Of a DNA stretch of 64,000 bases, positions 44,193 to 56,800 are shown in pieces. Positions within the stretch are counted from its first letter, which is position 1; every line of letters begins with the position of its first letter. The notes beneath the pieces are model-generated. The model did no database searches, was not told the DNA's origin, and saw only the letters and a program-made list of their open reading frames with translations. The stretch lies in contig OZ025799.1 of assembly GCA_964019425.1 (NCBI GenBank), forward strand, positions 124,001-188,000. Reading direction: 5' to 3'. Both the position numbers and the translations under genes were made by a program. Origin of the DNA: Flectonema sp. DT1601 (lineage: Eukaryota).

Positions 44193-45202
44193 TATGTATA
44201 ATAAAATGCCGCAAACTGAAAAAAGAAATAAACATTCATAAAGTAAACAGTACAGTAGACAACATCCTTCCCTACAACAGTCAGTTATTTTAAGTTTGGT
44301 ATCTACAAAAGAAAAAATATTAAGACAAAAAAGAAAACAATATCAAATACCTCAAAGTAGTCGTACGATAAGACACAGTTGTACAGTAAGCGACACACAA
44401 TTGCATTACTGTACAACCAAATAGTAATCATTCAGCCACACGTTTTAGTAGTGTAGATATATAATATAGAGACTTCTTTCCATCGTATTAGTGAAGTCAA
44501 TACAGAAATTGACACGCAACGCGGGTCAACTGCTATAGTGACAAGTGTAGAGGGAACTAGGTCACCTCATTGAGTCAACTGTGTAGTAATTCAACTCAGA
44601 TTAAAGTGCATCATAATATTGTATTTCTTCCGTCAACAGTATCACCCAGACAGAAGAACACACGAACTGGGAATATTCACAGGTTGCGTCAAGTTTTTAT
44701 CGAAAATGTCATCAAATGACTTCGAAAGATGTTGAAGGTATCGTCTTAGCGTCACCTACCAACACACCGCAATACAACAAGAACGGTGAAGGTAATTACT
44801 GCACTGCACAACATCATGTGGGGTAAAGGGTAAAACAGAACGAGTTTCCAGAAATAATTCCGTTCAAATATAACCACCATTCAATCAGTGGTTACACTAA
44901 CAATACATACGGAAGGTTTAATGGAAAAAAACTGAGAACAGGTAGTAAAGGCTGGCTCAACTGAACTGGTGCTATTCAGACAGCATAAAGAACACAAGAA
45001 GTAAGCCCCTTCCTGAAATCAGACAAACGTTATAGTGTGTAAGGAAAATAGATAAAAATAAATAATAACAATCTGTTGATTGGATTTCAATTAGTTAAAA
45101 TAATTTAATAAACGTAAATTACACTACTCACAGGACTGTGTTCTTACGATATAAATTAATCAGTTCTAATAACTTTAAGTCTCCAAATAAAGGATTCATT
45201 CA

Positions 45203-48200
45203 TTAGTTTTGGTTATTGACTTGATTTTGTAATGTCTGAGCGGCTTCACTTTTGCTAACTGCGAGAGATTTTGGATTGAGTTCATTACTACTCCCAAAAC
45301 TTGACTCAAAGCTAACAGCTCGTAAGATAGACGACCGTTCTAACAATTGGGTTGCGAGAGATTGTGTTTGCTCATCAGGGTTTACATTAGAGCAGTCAGA
45401 CTCCGATCGAAAAAGCTGAGATCGTCCAGAAAGATTAGTACACGACGAGGCGCACGTAGATTGAGATAGCGCAGGATCAGTTAGAATCTTACGTAAGAAT
45501 GCTACCTGTCTCTTTCCCGATGGACTGAGAGAGCTTGTGCTTCCAGTTGATTCTCCAAATGTATTTATTGGTTTAGATGCTTCTTTTAATATTTCCGATC
45601 TCTGTTTCCCCTTTTCAAGTGTAGTTGAATTGAGAGGATTAGATTTATTCGATGATTCAATACTCAAAGTATGAGGAATACCAGACCCAGATGATAAGTT
45701 AGTGAGTGACGAACCTGACATTGATATCCCAAGTTCCGGTTTCGTATGTTGCATTAATAGTGTTGCTTTCTGCCTACCCTTTGCGAGAACAGCAGGACTG
45801 AGCGGGTTAGAGCTGTCGCTAGTTGACTCTATGCTGACTGCGTGAGGAACTGTTTGAGATAAATTCGTACATAATGGGTTTGTTAATTGCGTAAGAAACG
45901 CTGAGTTCTGTTTTCCTTTCACAAGAGTAGATGCAGTAAGTAGATTAGAACTAACATTTGATGACTCGATGCTAACAGTACGATTTATATCAGACAAGTT
46001 AGTAGATGACGAAGTAGATATCGACATCCCCAACGAAGGACTAAACTGCTTGAGCATCGCATTCTGTCTTCCCCTTTGAAGAACAGGAGGTGGAGTAGAT
46101 CTTCCACTTGTCGAATCCATACTAACAGCACGCATGATACTCAAGGGAGGTGCACTATCCTGACCATCTCTCAACTGCGATAGGAGAGATTTAAACTTCT
46201 CAGTAGAATCTGTATTCGAACTCTCCTGACTATTCATAGAGTGAGTGTTATGAAATGACGCAGCGAAGAAGTCAGCGATGTCTCCACCGCAGCTGTCAAC
46301 AGCACCATGAACAGGTGTTGCAGTTGTACTCGTTGCTGTCTGTATTCGTGGTGTTTTAAGTACTTCAGGGATATCAACCTGTCCAACAGATAATAATCCA
46401 ATCTGTAATTTAGGTATCGAAGAAGTTAGACATCTTCTCTTTGGAGATTCATAAGACTTACAAGACAGTGAAGGAATCTGACTAATCGAACAGCTATCAG
46501 AAAGTTCCATAATATGTTCTGGTGACTCATAAGAAGAATCAGATGTAATGATTTCACGATTCTTATCTTTTGAAAGACGTTTGACGTACGAAGCAAGGGA
46601 AGAAATCGTTGGCACTTCAGGTTCAGTATATGAGTGCGCTAGAGAAGCTGAACTACAACTTGATATTCGTCGCAGCAACTCTGAATGCGATTCATCAGAT
46701 GCCTCAACTGACTCCTCTTCGAGTTCGTCTTCTTCAAAAGAGGATTCTTTTTGCCCAGACTTCTTTGCGAAAAGTTCACTTTCAATACAAGCTTCACCAA
46801 TTGCACCTAACGTAGGAAGTAACCCACCCAAGCTCATCATTGATACTCCAACACTCGTATCGTAATCATTTTGTGATGACAAGATAACAATCAGAGCGAT
46901 AGCAGCATCAAAGAATTGAAAACAAAGAGCATATCGAAAGAAAGACACCAAAGACCAAACTTGACCACGACTTCTGTAGCAGCTGTACGAGATGCAACCG
47001 GTAGCTGAGATTGTCCCGATGAGTAAACAAGCAACAACGACAAATGATGGAACACCTAAAAGGTTAAGCAAACCAGAGAACACAGCAAGAATAAGAGGAG
47101 GGGTTACCGTGAATACTAAGTAATTGCTGCGAATTATTTCACATCCGCGACTGAAAGCGGATGAGTTGCCGGTCGGAACTACTTCTTCTGAAGCAGATTC
47201 ATCATTCTCCTCACGTCGATGATTTCCAAACTTATAAAGTCCATAAAGGATTATTAATACAACAGCAATACCAAGTAATGAAGCTGGGACACTAACAAAA
47301 GGAATCACATTTTCCACAAGCAGAGGTGCAAATAAAGCCAAAAACAGCAACGGACGAGACGGAAATCCGAGGTGTTCACGAACACCATCATACGATAAGT
47401 CACATTCTGGTTTCGTAGAATAATTGTTAGCAGGAATGAAATCTTTTAGTATAGGATGTGGGGCTAAGGGTAGTAGCGGAAGTAATTTTCCACTCTCAAC
47501 GTACACCACGACAAGAGTAGCACTTAATATTAAAATACTTCCCACAACTAATAAAACAAATATTGTAATACCTGGATCTCCACCAGGAGTCTCCCAGGAA
47601 AGTAAATCAGCTGCTAAGGAGTCATCCTTCTTAACAGCGAGATGTGATATAAATAAATGAGTCAATAATATTCCTGTTTTGTAATATTATTATGAAAGAG
47701 TTTCGTTTATCATAATTATCAATTAGATAAATAGCATACCTGGAGAAGTCGACGCGCCAAATAAAGAACTACTAATCCCTACAAAGAAACAACCCTTTGA
47801 GAGAATTCCTTGCCAGGTAGTTGAAGTGGTGTTGGTGTTTTCAATATTAGTGATGTTGGTGTCAAGAACGTCTTCAAGGCTGTTAGGTTCTTCAGGAAAG
47901 ACGTAAATATTGGTTTGGGGAGTAGTACTAATTCGTATCAAACCAGGAACATCACCGCCAATGCTGAATATACCATTACCGAGTTCAAACATAACCCGAC
48001 CTGGTAGTGAAACTTGAATCGCATTTACTACTTCATCAGGAGCAGTTTGTTGAAGTAAAAATGCGACTTTAGAATTTGTTATTGCCGCAGAAGTAATTTT
48101 TGTAGTTCCTTGAAAACTAGAAGTTCTCCTAATAGAACCTGACGTAACATTTGGATAGCCGTCAGTTAGATTAAAGAATATCCATTTAGAACCATCAGCA

Positions 48201-49697
48201 TTGAAAATAAGTCGATTACAAACAAGATTCTCAACATTATAATTTAAATCAACTGTATTGCTACTAAACAGTGACCCAACTGTGTCTGAATTAGAGGTCA
48301 GTATCTCATCGTTTCCCTCACAGTTTGTAATATTATCCCACAAGACTTGTTGTGAAACTGTCGTAACATTTTCGTTTTCATAATCAAAATAAAGTATTTC
48401 ACCACAGTCTGTAACAACATTAATACCTCTTTCATACACAGCAATCGATGTTGTTAGAGAACAATTTTTTAAGTCAACATCAATTGTTTTGATTTTTACT
48501 GTAACAAACATCTCATTTGAGCTAAAGAAAGGAAACACCTCAGCAAATGTAACTGTTGTGGTTCGTACTAAAGCAAATATGTCAGATAAGCCGTCATTGT
48601 AGATGAATTTTGATCCGATTAAGGAACTAATAAAATCAACTTTTTGAGCTTGAACTGGAAAGAATGGATCAGATGTTCGACTAACTTTAATATTTGAAAC
48701 ATCAATTATTAGTGAAAAGATATCACCGGTTGCCATCCCTGTGACTGACTCTATCGAATACCTCAAAACCCTCCAAATATTTAAATACTTCGTCAACTCT
48801 ATAACTCCATATTCTGGATACGTTACTAATATTTTACCGTTGTGTAAAATCTGAATGTCACTACACCCACCGAATCCAAAAGCAGCTTCACGTAATAATA
48901 TTAAATTATCAAGGTGGATGCTATACAGTTTTATATTATGCTGTCCACACGTTGCTAATATTCTTTCAGATGCGACTGCTTGCAACACGTCTTCAAAGAG
49001 AGGTAATTTAATGTGTTTGTCACCGTCTGTTGTTGTTTTTTTTTGGTGAATTTCTATTTCCCACACCTCCCCGAAAAAAAAAAAAAAAAAAACTTCACAA
49101 ACCTAGTATGATCACAGCTGAGTCCGTGACAATCGTTAGCATAAACTCATTGGCGAGAAGAGAGTGTCGAACTGCTTTGATTTCTGAGGATAGTTGCAAG
49201 TCTCTCCGTAGTAAAGGAGAAATCACAAATGAATCGAATTGTATTTCCCAACGCTCTTCAACTTGTTCAATTTTAAAAAAATGATTTTCAGACAAGATTG
49301 TTGATTTTACGACACCATCGACGTCAGTACTGCAAGAAACTGAGAAGGCTTTAAGACTTCGGAATGGGACGTATTCGTGTAGAGGAATTCGCTGTATCTC
49401 TTCAGTCTGGAGATGAATAGTAATAATTCCCGACGAAGTTACAACAATAGCACTTTCAGCGCATAATATTATTCTGCTTTCATCTTGGATAGCTTTTCTA
49501 TCATCATGTGAGAATAAATACTGTTTCAATACTCCATGCACTGTATAAGCTGTAACCCCATGACCATCTAACACAACTGCAGCTGTTGAAGAAACCGCAG
49601 CATTCTTAACAACACCAACTGATACTTCAACACCACCAGCGGCAGTACGACAATAAAAGAAACATAATAACAATACAGTGATGACTGCGTTATTCAT
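45203..49697 (-). CDS. Receptor-like membrane protein: signal peptide, ~640-aa beta-rich ectodomain, ~7 TM helices, long Ser-rich tail (1450 aa, 3 exons)
   Basis: Joins three track ORFs. Exons 49697-49103, 49026-47740, 47673-45203; phase-1 GT-AG introns 49027-49102 and 47674-47739 both keep the frame. Confidence 0.78.
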
Positions 49698-49928
49698 TCA
49701 CCTATTAGAGAGAGTTAAGTATAACAAAGTAAATACAACAATCGTATTTAACAAAAGTAACGTCTCCGTCTTTACCATTAACCTGTTGTTGTTGTTCTTG
49801 TTGTACGAAAGTGTTTATTAGAATTCAAACAACTAAATCAGTACAGAAAGCACGAGGATAGCAAAGGTGTAACTAAAGAGAAATATTCAACTGTTGCAAT
49901 AAAGAACAGGAAGATTGGAGTAGCCGGC

Positions 49929-50801
49929 TTAACGTGGTAATTCATACTCCTCATCACTGTCTTCATTATACGGAGCTGATATGGGAAGACACTGCGTCGG
50001 TCTCTCAATAGCGTGGTACATTACATCTGTGCGGAGAACATACTTCTTTAAGTCTTCTTTTGGACTGCCTTCAGTAGGGAGAAGAGGAAGTCCACAATGC
50101 CAGGCACTCTTTTCACCAGTGTGATGAAATATGAGAGCTGATCCAGCAACAGGTGTCACCTTATTGCTGACTTCTGAATACGGATCAGGAAAAAACGCCG
50201 TTTCACCCCCACCTCCTTCCGAAGAAGAAGTTAAATACACCAACACAGTTAACCACGAGATGAATTCGTAGTTTTTCACAGTAGTGTTGTCTCTGTGAAC
50301 AGGAAAGTATTGTCCTGCTCCAGAATACCTGTTTTGTTTATACATAACTCTGACGACCTGTTTATATTCTCTTTGGCGAGAGCCGCTGCTCACTCACGCC
50401 CGAATAAGAATAATACAATTGTTCTATATTATAATATACCTATAAAACCTGTACATATCATTTAGTCCCCAGTACTTCCAGTTTCCATAATGGTCAGCCT
50501 CAATTGTAGGAGGGCAGAATGGCTGTAGTACATCAGATAGACTTTTCTCTTGTTCTGGAGTTACCTTCGTAACGTGACGGTCATTCTTGCGGGTTCTCAT
50601 TTCTTGTTTGTCTAACTTTGCATTTTGGTAGGCTGGATGCGTGCTGTTGTCATATCCCCCGTCTTCTTCTTCTGACATTTTGATCAATTTCTTACATTCT
50701 TCTTCACTAAGGACATTTCTCACTAATACAGCTCCTCGAACGTTTTCAACTTCGGAAGCAGTCGGCTGCTTACAATCAGAAGATACGAGATAATCAGACA
50801 T
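49929..50801 (-). CDS. 2OG-Fe(II) oxygenase (prolyl 4-hydroxylase-like), 2 exons
   Basis: Intron 50329-50439 restores LNDMYRFYR|YSGAGQYFPVHRD. HxD (HRD), LTVLVYL, GGET, distal His (WHCG) and KYVLRTDVMY are present. Likely start MSDYL at 50801. Confidence 0.88.
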
Positions 50802-53800
50802 TTGAGAAAGACCTGAGAATAACGAGATCAACGTACCTTTTGCTATTTGTGATACTGCAAAAAGAAACATGTAGTAAAGCCGCCTCACATGGAACTAACA
50901 TTTATAGTTTACTGCTATTTGCTATTCCTTTTCAAAAAAAAAAAAATATTTTAGAAGATTCCTTTTTATATTTTTTTTTATGTTTTTTTTTTTTATTCTC
51001 TTTCAATGTGCCTGTACTTTTTTATTTTATTTTTTATGCTACACACTCGGGAATTACGAGTCACTGAAATCCTAAAAAGTAGGTGATCTGTCGCTTTCAT
51101 TAATCTAAGCTACAGACGTACCTGAGCCTTCTTGAAATGATTTTTTTTTTTTTTTTTGCGTTTTTTTTTTCTTCTTTTTTTCTGGGAAAACCTCTAATCC
51201 GAACACAAAAGTTTCCGAAACCACCAACTCTATACAAAAAAAAGTGCCTTGGGACCTGTGGTTAAAAAATCCGCTACAATCGAACCTGCCGAATATAAGC
51301 AATGTAAGGACAGTTAGTGAAGATGCACGTGGGGGTCTTAGCAGACAAATCGGTACAAGCGGTGGAGAAGATTATGCCGCTGAGGCATCTTCATCGAAGT
51401 AAGTTGTTGTTGGAGGATAGTCCGGAAGGTAACCAAACGAATGTAGTCCGATTCAAAGGAGGGGCTTGTTGTTTAGGAGTGCCCTCAAAATCGGAAATTC
51501 AATCTTCACGCCAAAAGTACTGAGGACCGCCTTGTCAGCAAAATGCTTTTTTTTTAATTGAGGTTGGGTTCCCTCTAACATAAAAACGTTGGCGGTTTTC
51601 GGAAATTTTTTTGTGTTGGTTTTCCCCTTTTTTATTTAAAAAACATTCGCAAATCGTTAGTAAGATTAATTCCAAAATTCTTAACAAAAAGAACTTCGCA
51701 GGGAAAAAAAAAAAAAAAAAAAACAAACGCAAAAGTAAACCGAACGGGGGGAAAATACAGCGAAAAAAAAACAAGGCAAAGATAAAAAAGGTATATTACG
51801 CCGGAAACCGGACTGATTCAGTTTGCTGAGTGTTTCTCTGAAAAAAAAGGTGTGGAAACAAATCAAAACTAAAGCTGTCTCTTAAAATCCATAACCCACT
51901 GATGGTGACTACAAGATAACCCTAAACAAAAAACATGAGGAAGTATTTATAAGTTCAGTTCAACGATGCAATGTAACAATAAAGAAATAGGAGAGACGTA
52001 AACCATCAAAGGCATCGAACCCGCTGGAGAAGGAGCAGTTGACCCCAACAAGTTAAAGTCCTGTTCTTATGAACAACAGAGGGATGAAATGTTAAGAAAT
52101 ATTCTGCAGCATCAATCAGATACACTCGTTCACAAAAATGTGAATGACAATGTAGTTAGTTAGCAAATGAACACAAGAAACAGGTACGTGCAACAGCTAG
52201 AGACAAGAAGGGAAATGTGAAGGAGTCAGGAAAATGCCACGCCGCAAATTACGCGGGGGGGGAAACCTTTTATTATTGCTTATATCTTCTGTAAGCATGC
52301 CAAATGAGAAAAGGAGCCCCAGCAGTACTAAGCAAAGAAACAAGAAAGAGTAGTTAGTAATAATAATTATCGTTAGTTATTTAATCCAACATTGCCGTAC
52401 AGCAACTGAGGACCCAATCCGAAGCCGTTTCCGAAGACTCGGTATGGATTATTAGCTTCAACCGAAGAGATGTAATTTAATTTATAAAAAGATTAATAAA
52501 ACACCAATCTTCAGCTTTCCACCCTAGCTTATTAAACTATTGAACTAATGAAAAAAAATAAAAAAAAAAGTTAAGACTTAAGAGTTACATTGTACGTAAA
52601 GGTTCTGATAGGCAGCTCGTACAATGGAAATGATTCGAAAACCATCATCGGTATCAAACAAATCGGTGAAGAGGAGCATTTTCAAAAAAAACAAAAAAAA
52701 AATAACAGAGGGAAAAAAAAAAAAAAAAAAGAATAAACAGAAAACAACAAAATACGAATACAAAAAAAAATGGGAAAAAAAGGGATAGCCAGCAGTGGAA
52801 TAGAAAGGCAAACACAAACTCGACAGCGACAAAATATTTTGTTTTTTTTCTGGACGAACGAATGCTCAAGCGCGCATAGCATCTCGCTTACCCCTTTTTA
52901 CGAAGACATGTGAAGGCATGATACAAGCAATAGACAAGATTAGAGGTTTCTACAATAAAGTCAAACTCGTATTCGCCTTCAGTCTTCTTCTATTTTCATA
53001 GCGCACTCAGGCTGTTAAATCGTCGCGAAATCATACCAAAATATTATTACTACTAACAAAACAAATAAAAAATAAAAAAGAAAAAAGAAAAGAGAGCGGA
53101 AGAGGATACACAACCCAAACCATGATAAGCGTTACAGGGTATAGTAAATGCAGAGACTAAGACAGCTGTGTCATGGAGCTTGCTTAGGCACACAGTTAAT
53201 TTGCCTCGCAAGAAATAAATTAAAAATAATTACCATCGTCTCCCTGGGAGACTCAGGATGACATAATAGTTAAAAAGAGTGTTGCGCTCCCTGAGAATAC
53301 TTCCTTAGAAGTATTCCAAAAGGCGAGGTAAGGTTTCAAAAAAACGAATTTAAACTTTCACACACCTACTGTTTAAACTTCGTTAAGGGAACCAATAATT
53401 TAAAAAAAAAAAAAAAAAAAAACGCAATTTAAGCGATAATAAAATTCAATAATCACAACTACTCAGTATGATTCCAAAAAAAAAAATGATAGGAAGAGCT
53501 TCGTTTATTTATTTTCTTGAGGGAACTCAAAAAGGGGAAAAACTGATCCCGAAACTCAAGTGCCAACCGCGCAAATGTCGTATCCCATTTAGGGTGATCA
53601 AATTGGAGGGCTGGCTTGCGAATGACGGGTTACAGAAAACTACTTATTCCTTTATTATACTTCATTACTACGTAGAATTTATTAGATAGTTTTTTTTTAA
53701 AAAAAAAAAAAAGAGAAAGAAAAAAAAAGTAATTTCATTATTCTGTTCTGAGATCTTTCGCTTTTAAATTTTGAATGAGGTAGTCACGCTTGTGTGTTAA

Positions 53801-53810
53801 TTGAAAGTTT

Positions 53811-56800
53811 TCACACTTCGGTTTTGGATAAGCTTTGACCACCACCACCACTTTGGTTTCCCATATCGATATCTTCGGGGGAGAGGTCATGGTCATTCAT
53901 ACTAGACATGAATTCAGAATAGTCTAGCTGTTTGTTATTTTGGTGCTTTCTGTATGCCATGTATCCGATACCTCCAATGCATAGCAATGCAACTCCAACA
54001 CCAATAAGAATCCAAATCAAAATATTATTACTGCTTGATGGTGCTTCTGTGATCGACGCTGCACAACCAGTCGACACAGAAACCATACCTTTAGCAGTGT
54101 TATTATGTTTAGTGATTTCACCATTTACAGAACTTCCCCAAGCAATGATAACGTCCTCATTTAAGTCTTTGAAGCTTGCCTTGTCATTTCCTGAAATGGT
54201 TAGCGGTCTATAGAATGATACAGATCTCGTGCTTCCAGTTGTTATTGTTGTCAATACCATATTATTATTATTTGAGGTAAATACAGGTTTCACATTTCCT
54301 GTTGGTTCCGCCTCACGCAACACGTATTCAGAGCCACCCTGTTCAAAGGTAGCAATAACCATGTAGGAGTTTGGCATTCCCTGACTTCCCCACCCAACAC
54401 CAAACCAGTGAGAATCAACGATTGCTAATGGGGTACTAAGGGTAACCTTTATGGCATCAACGTTATTCTGAGTAACTCCCTTCATGAACGTAGCCTCTAA
54501 TTGATTAGGAATATTTAAGGAAGCAATCGTACACCCATTACCACTTGTGAACTCAGAGCTAGGCACACCAGTTGGCGCGTACGTCATTCCAGCAGGAAGC
54601 GGCGTTGGTGGGATTACTGTTGGTACGGCAGTAGGACCGTAAGTCTGACCAGGTGGTAAAGGAGTTGGGGGTACAGCCGTTGGCACTGCAGTTGGTACGG
54701 CAGTAGGACCGTAAGTCTGACCAGGTGGCAAAGGAGTTGGGGGTACAGCCGTTGGCACTGTAGTTGGTACGGCAGTAGGGCCATATGTCTGACCAGCAGG
54801 CAGAGGTGTTGGGGGTACAGCCGTTGGCACTGCAGTTGGTACGGCAGTAGGGCCATATGTCTGACCAGCAGGCAGAGGTGTTGGCGGACTTGGGACCGTC
54901 GTACTTGGTATTACGGTGGGAGTAGCAGTTGGCACTGCAGTTGGACATGACTCCAATACGATATCAGACTGTCCTCTTTGAGCCGTTGTGTGGTAGTTCC
55001 ATCCGTTGTTCACTTCACCACTACCATACGCCCATGCAAAGTTAAGTGCCATTCCCTGAGACAATGTTTTGTCTCCGTTTGAGTCACCGGTATCTAGAAA
55101 GCGATAAAATATACCCTGTGGGTGTGTGTGTTTTGTACGCCTTATGTAGTCGCCAATAACCTTGCGAGAAATAAAAACATACCGCGATAGTTGTTCCAGT
55201 GGTCGTAAGGGAAACCTGGGCAACGTCACCACTCGGGTCGGCAACTGGAGCTACTGATCCGACTGTAATGGCCTGGTCAACTATTCCCCTGGCATCTAAT
55301 GCGACGACGTCAATACCAGTCATTGAACCAGATACTCCATTATCTCTAAATCCAATAGAACCGTATCCTCCCATAGCTGTTGATACAGTGACATCAAACT
55401 GAATAGAATCTCTACCACCAACAGAACCGAATTCATAAGAAACAACTATACTAGGGTTACCAGTGTTAATCGCAAAAGGTCCACAAAACTTCATAAAAGT
55501 ACTCGCTGGAACAGGTGTTGGCGGAACACCAGGAACTGAGGTCGGTACAGCAGTTGGAACAACAGTAGGAACGACTGTTGGAACAACAGTAGGAACAACT
55601 GTTGGAACATCTGTGGTTGGAGCAGCTGTTGGAACAGCAGTAGGCGGCACTCCTGGGGTGTTTGTCGGTACAGTTGTTGGAAGAGCTGTTGGGACTGCAG
55701 TGGGAGGTACACCCGGGGTGTTAGTTGGAACCGCTGTTGGTACTGCAGTTGGAACAGCAGTTACTACACAACTATCCAACGTGATATCTGCCTGTCCTCT
55801 CTGTCCAGGTGTGTGGTTTACCCATCCACCGTCAACGGCACCAGTACCGAATGCCCACACGAAGTTGAGTGCTCCTCCCTTAGTCAGGGTCATATCTCCC
55901 GCGGCATCACCAGTGTTCAGTGAACGATAGAATACAGCCTGTTGTTTTATTTGGATTTATAAAGGATTCGTTTTCTCAATTAGACAACAAAAGATTAGAT
56001 AAAATCACCGCGATTCACTCCGTGACTTGAGTTAGAAAATAAAGTTCATATTCCATACCGTAATCACTCCTCCAGCATTCGTCAGAGACACCTGAGTGAC
56101 GTCTTGGCTTCCGTCAGCTCCAGGTGCTGCAAAACCAGTAGAAATAATTCTGTCAGAAATCTTCGTCGCATCAAATGCAATTGGATCGATCCCAGTCATA
56201 CCTCCTGAAGTAGTAGCAGCTCTGAATCCAATCGCTCCATATCCGGCAGTAGTGGCTGCGACATTGAACTGGATAACATCAACTCCGTTAGCCATCCCGA
56301 TCTCGTAGTTGATAACAATATTAGCATTACCTGTAACAATTGGGAATGGACCACACGAAGAAGTGAATGGTGCTGCTGGTGCAGCTGTTGGCACAGCAGT
56401 AGGGACGGCAGTTGGAGGTACTCCTGGGGTATTAGTCGGGACAGCTGTTGGCACAAGAGTAGGGACCGCAGTTGCCACACAAGCATCGAGAGTAATATCA
56501 GCCTGTCCTCTCTGTCCAGGTGTGTGGTTTACCCATCCACCGTCAACGGCTCCAGTACCGAATGCCCACACGAAGTTGAGTGCTCCTCCCTTAGTCAGAG
56601 TCATATCTCCCGCGGCATCACCAGTGTTCAGTGAACGATAGAATACAGCCTGTTGTTTTATTTGGATTTATAAAGGATTCGTTTTCTCAATTAGACAACA
56701 AAAGATTGACTGTCTTTCCACTTTATTTTTCTTTATTCTGAGCATTCTTGCCCTTCTTATTTTTTGATAAAGTAAACAAGTAAAAACAAGCGCAACTGTC

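Noticed and set aside
47666..49102. Frameshifts, stop readthrough or an alternative genetic code to explain adjacent broken ORFs
   Set aside because: Canonical GT-AG introns restore the frame in every case examined.
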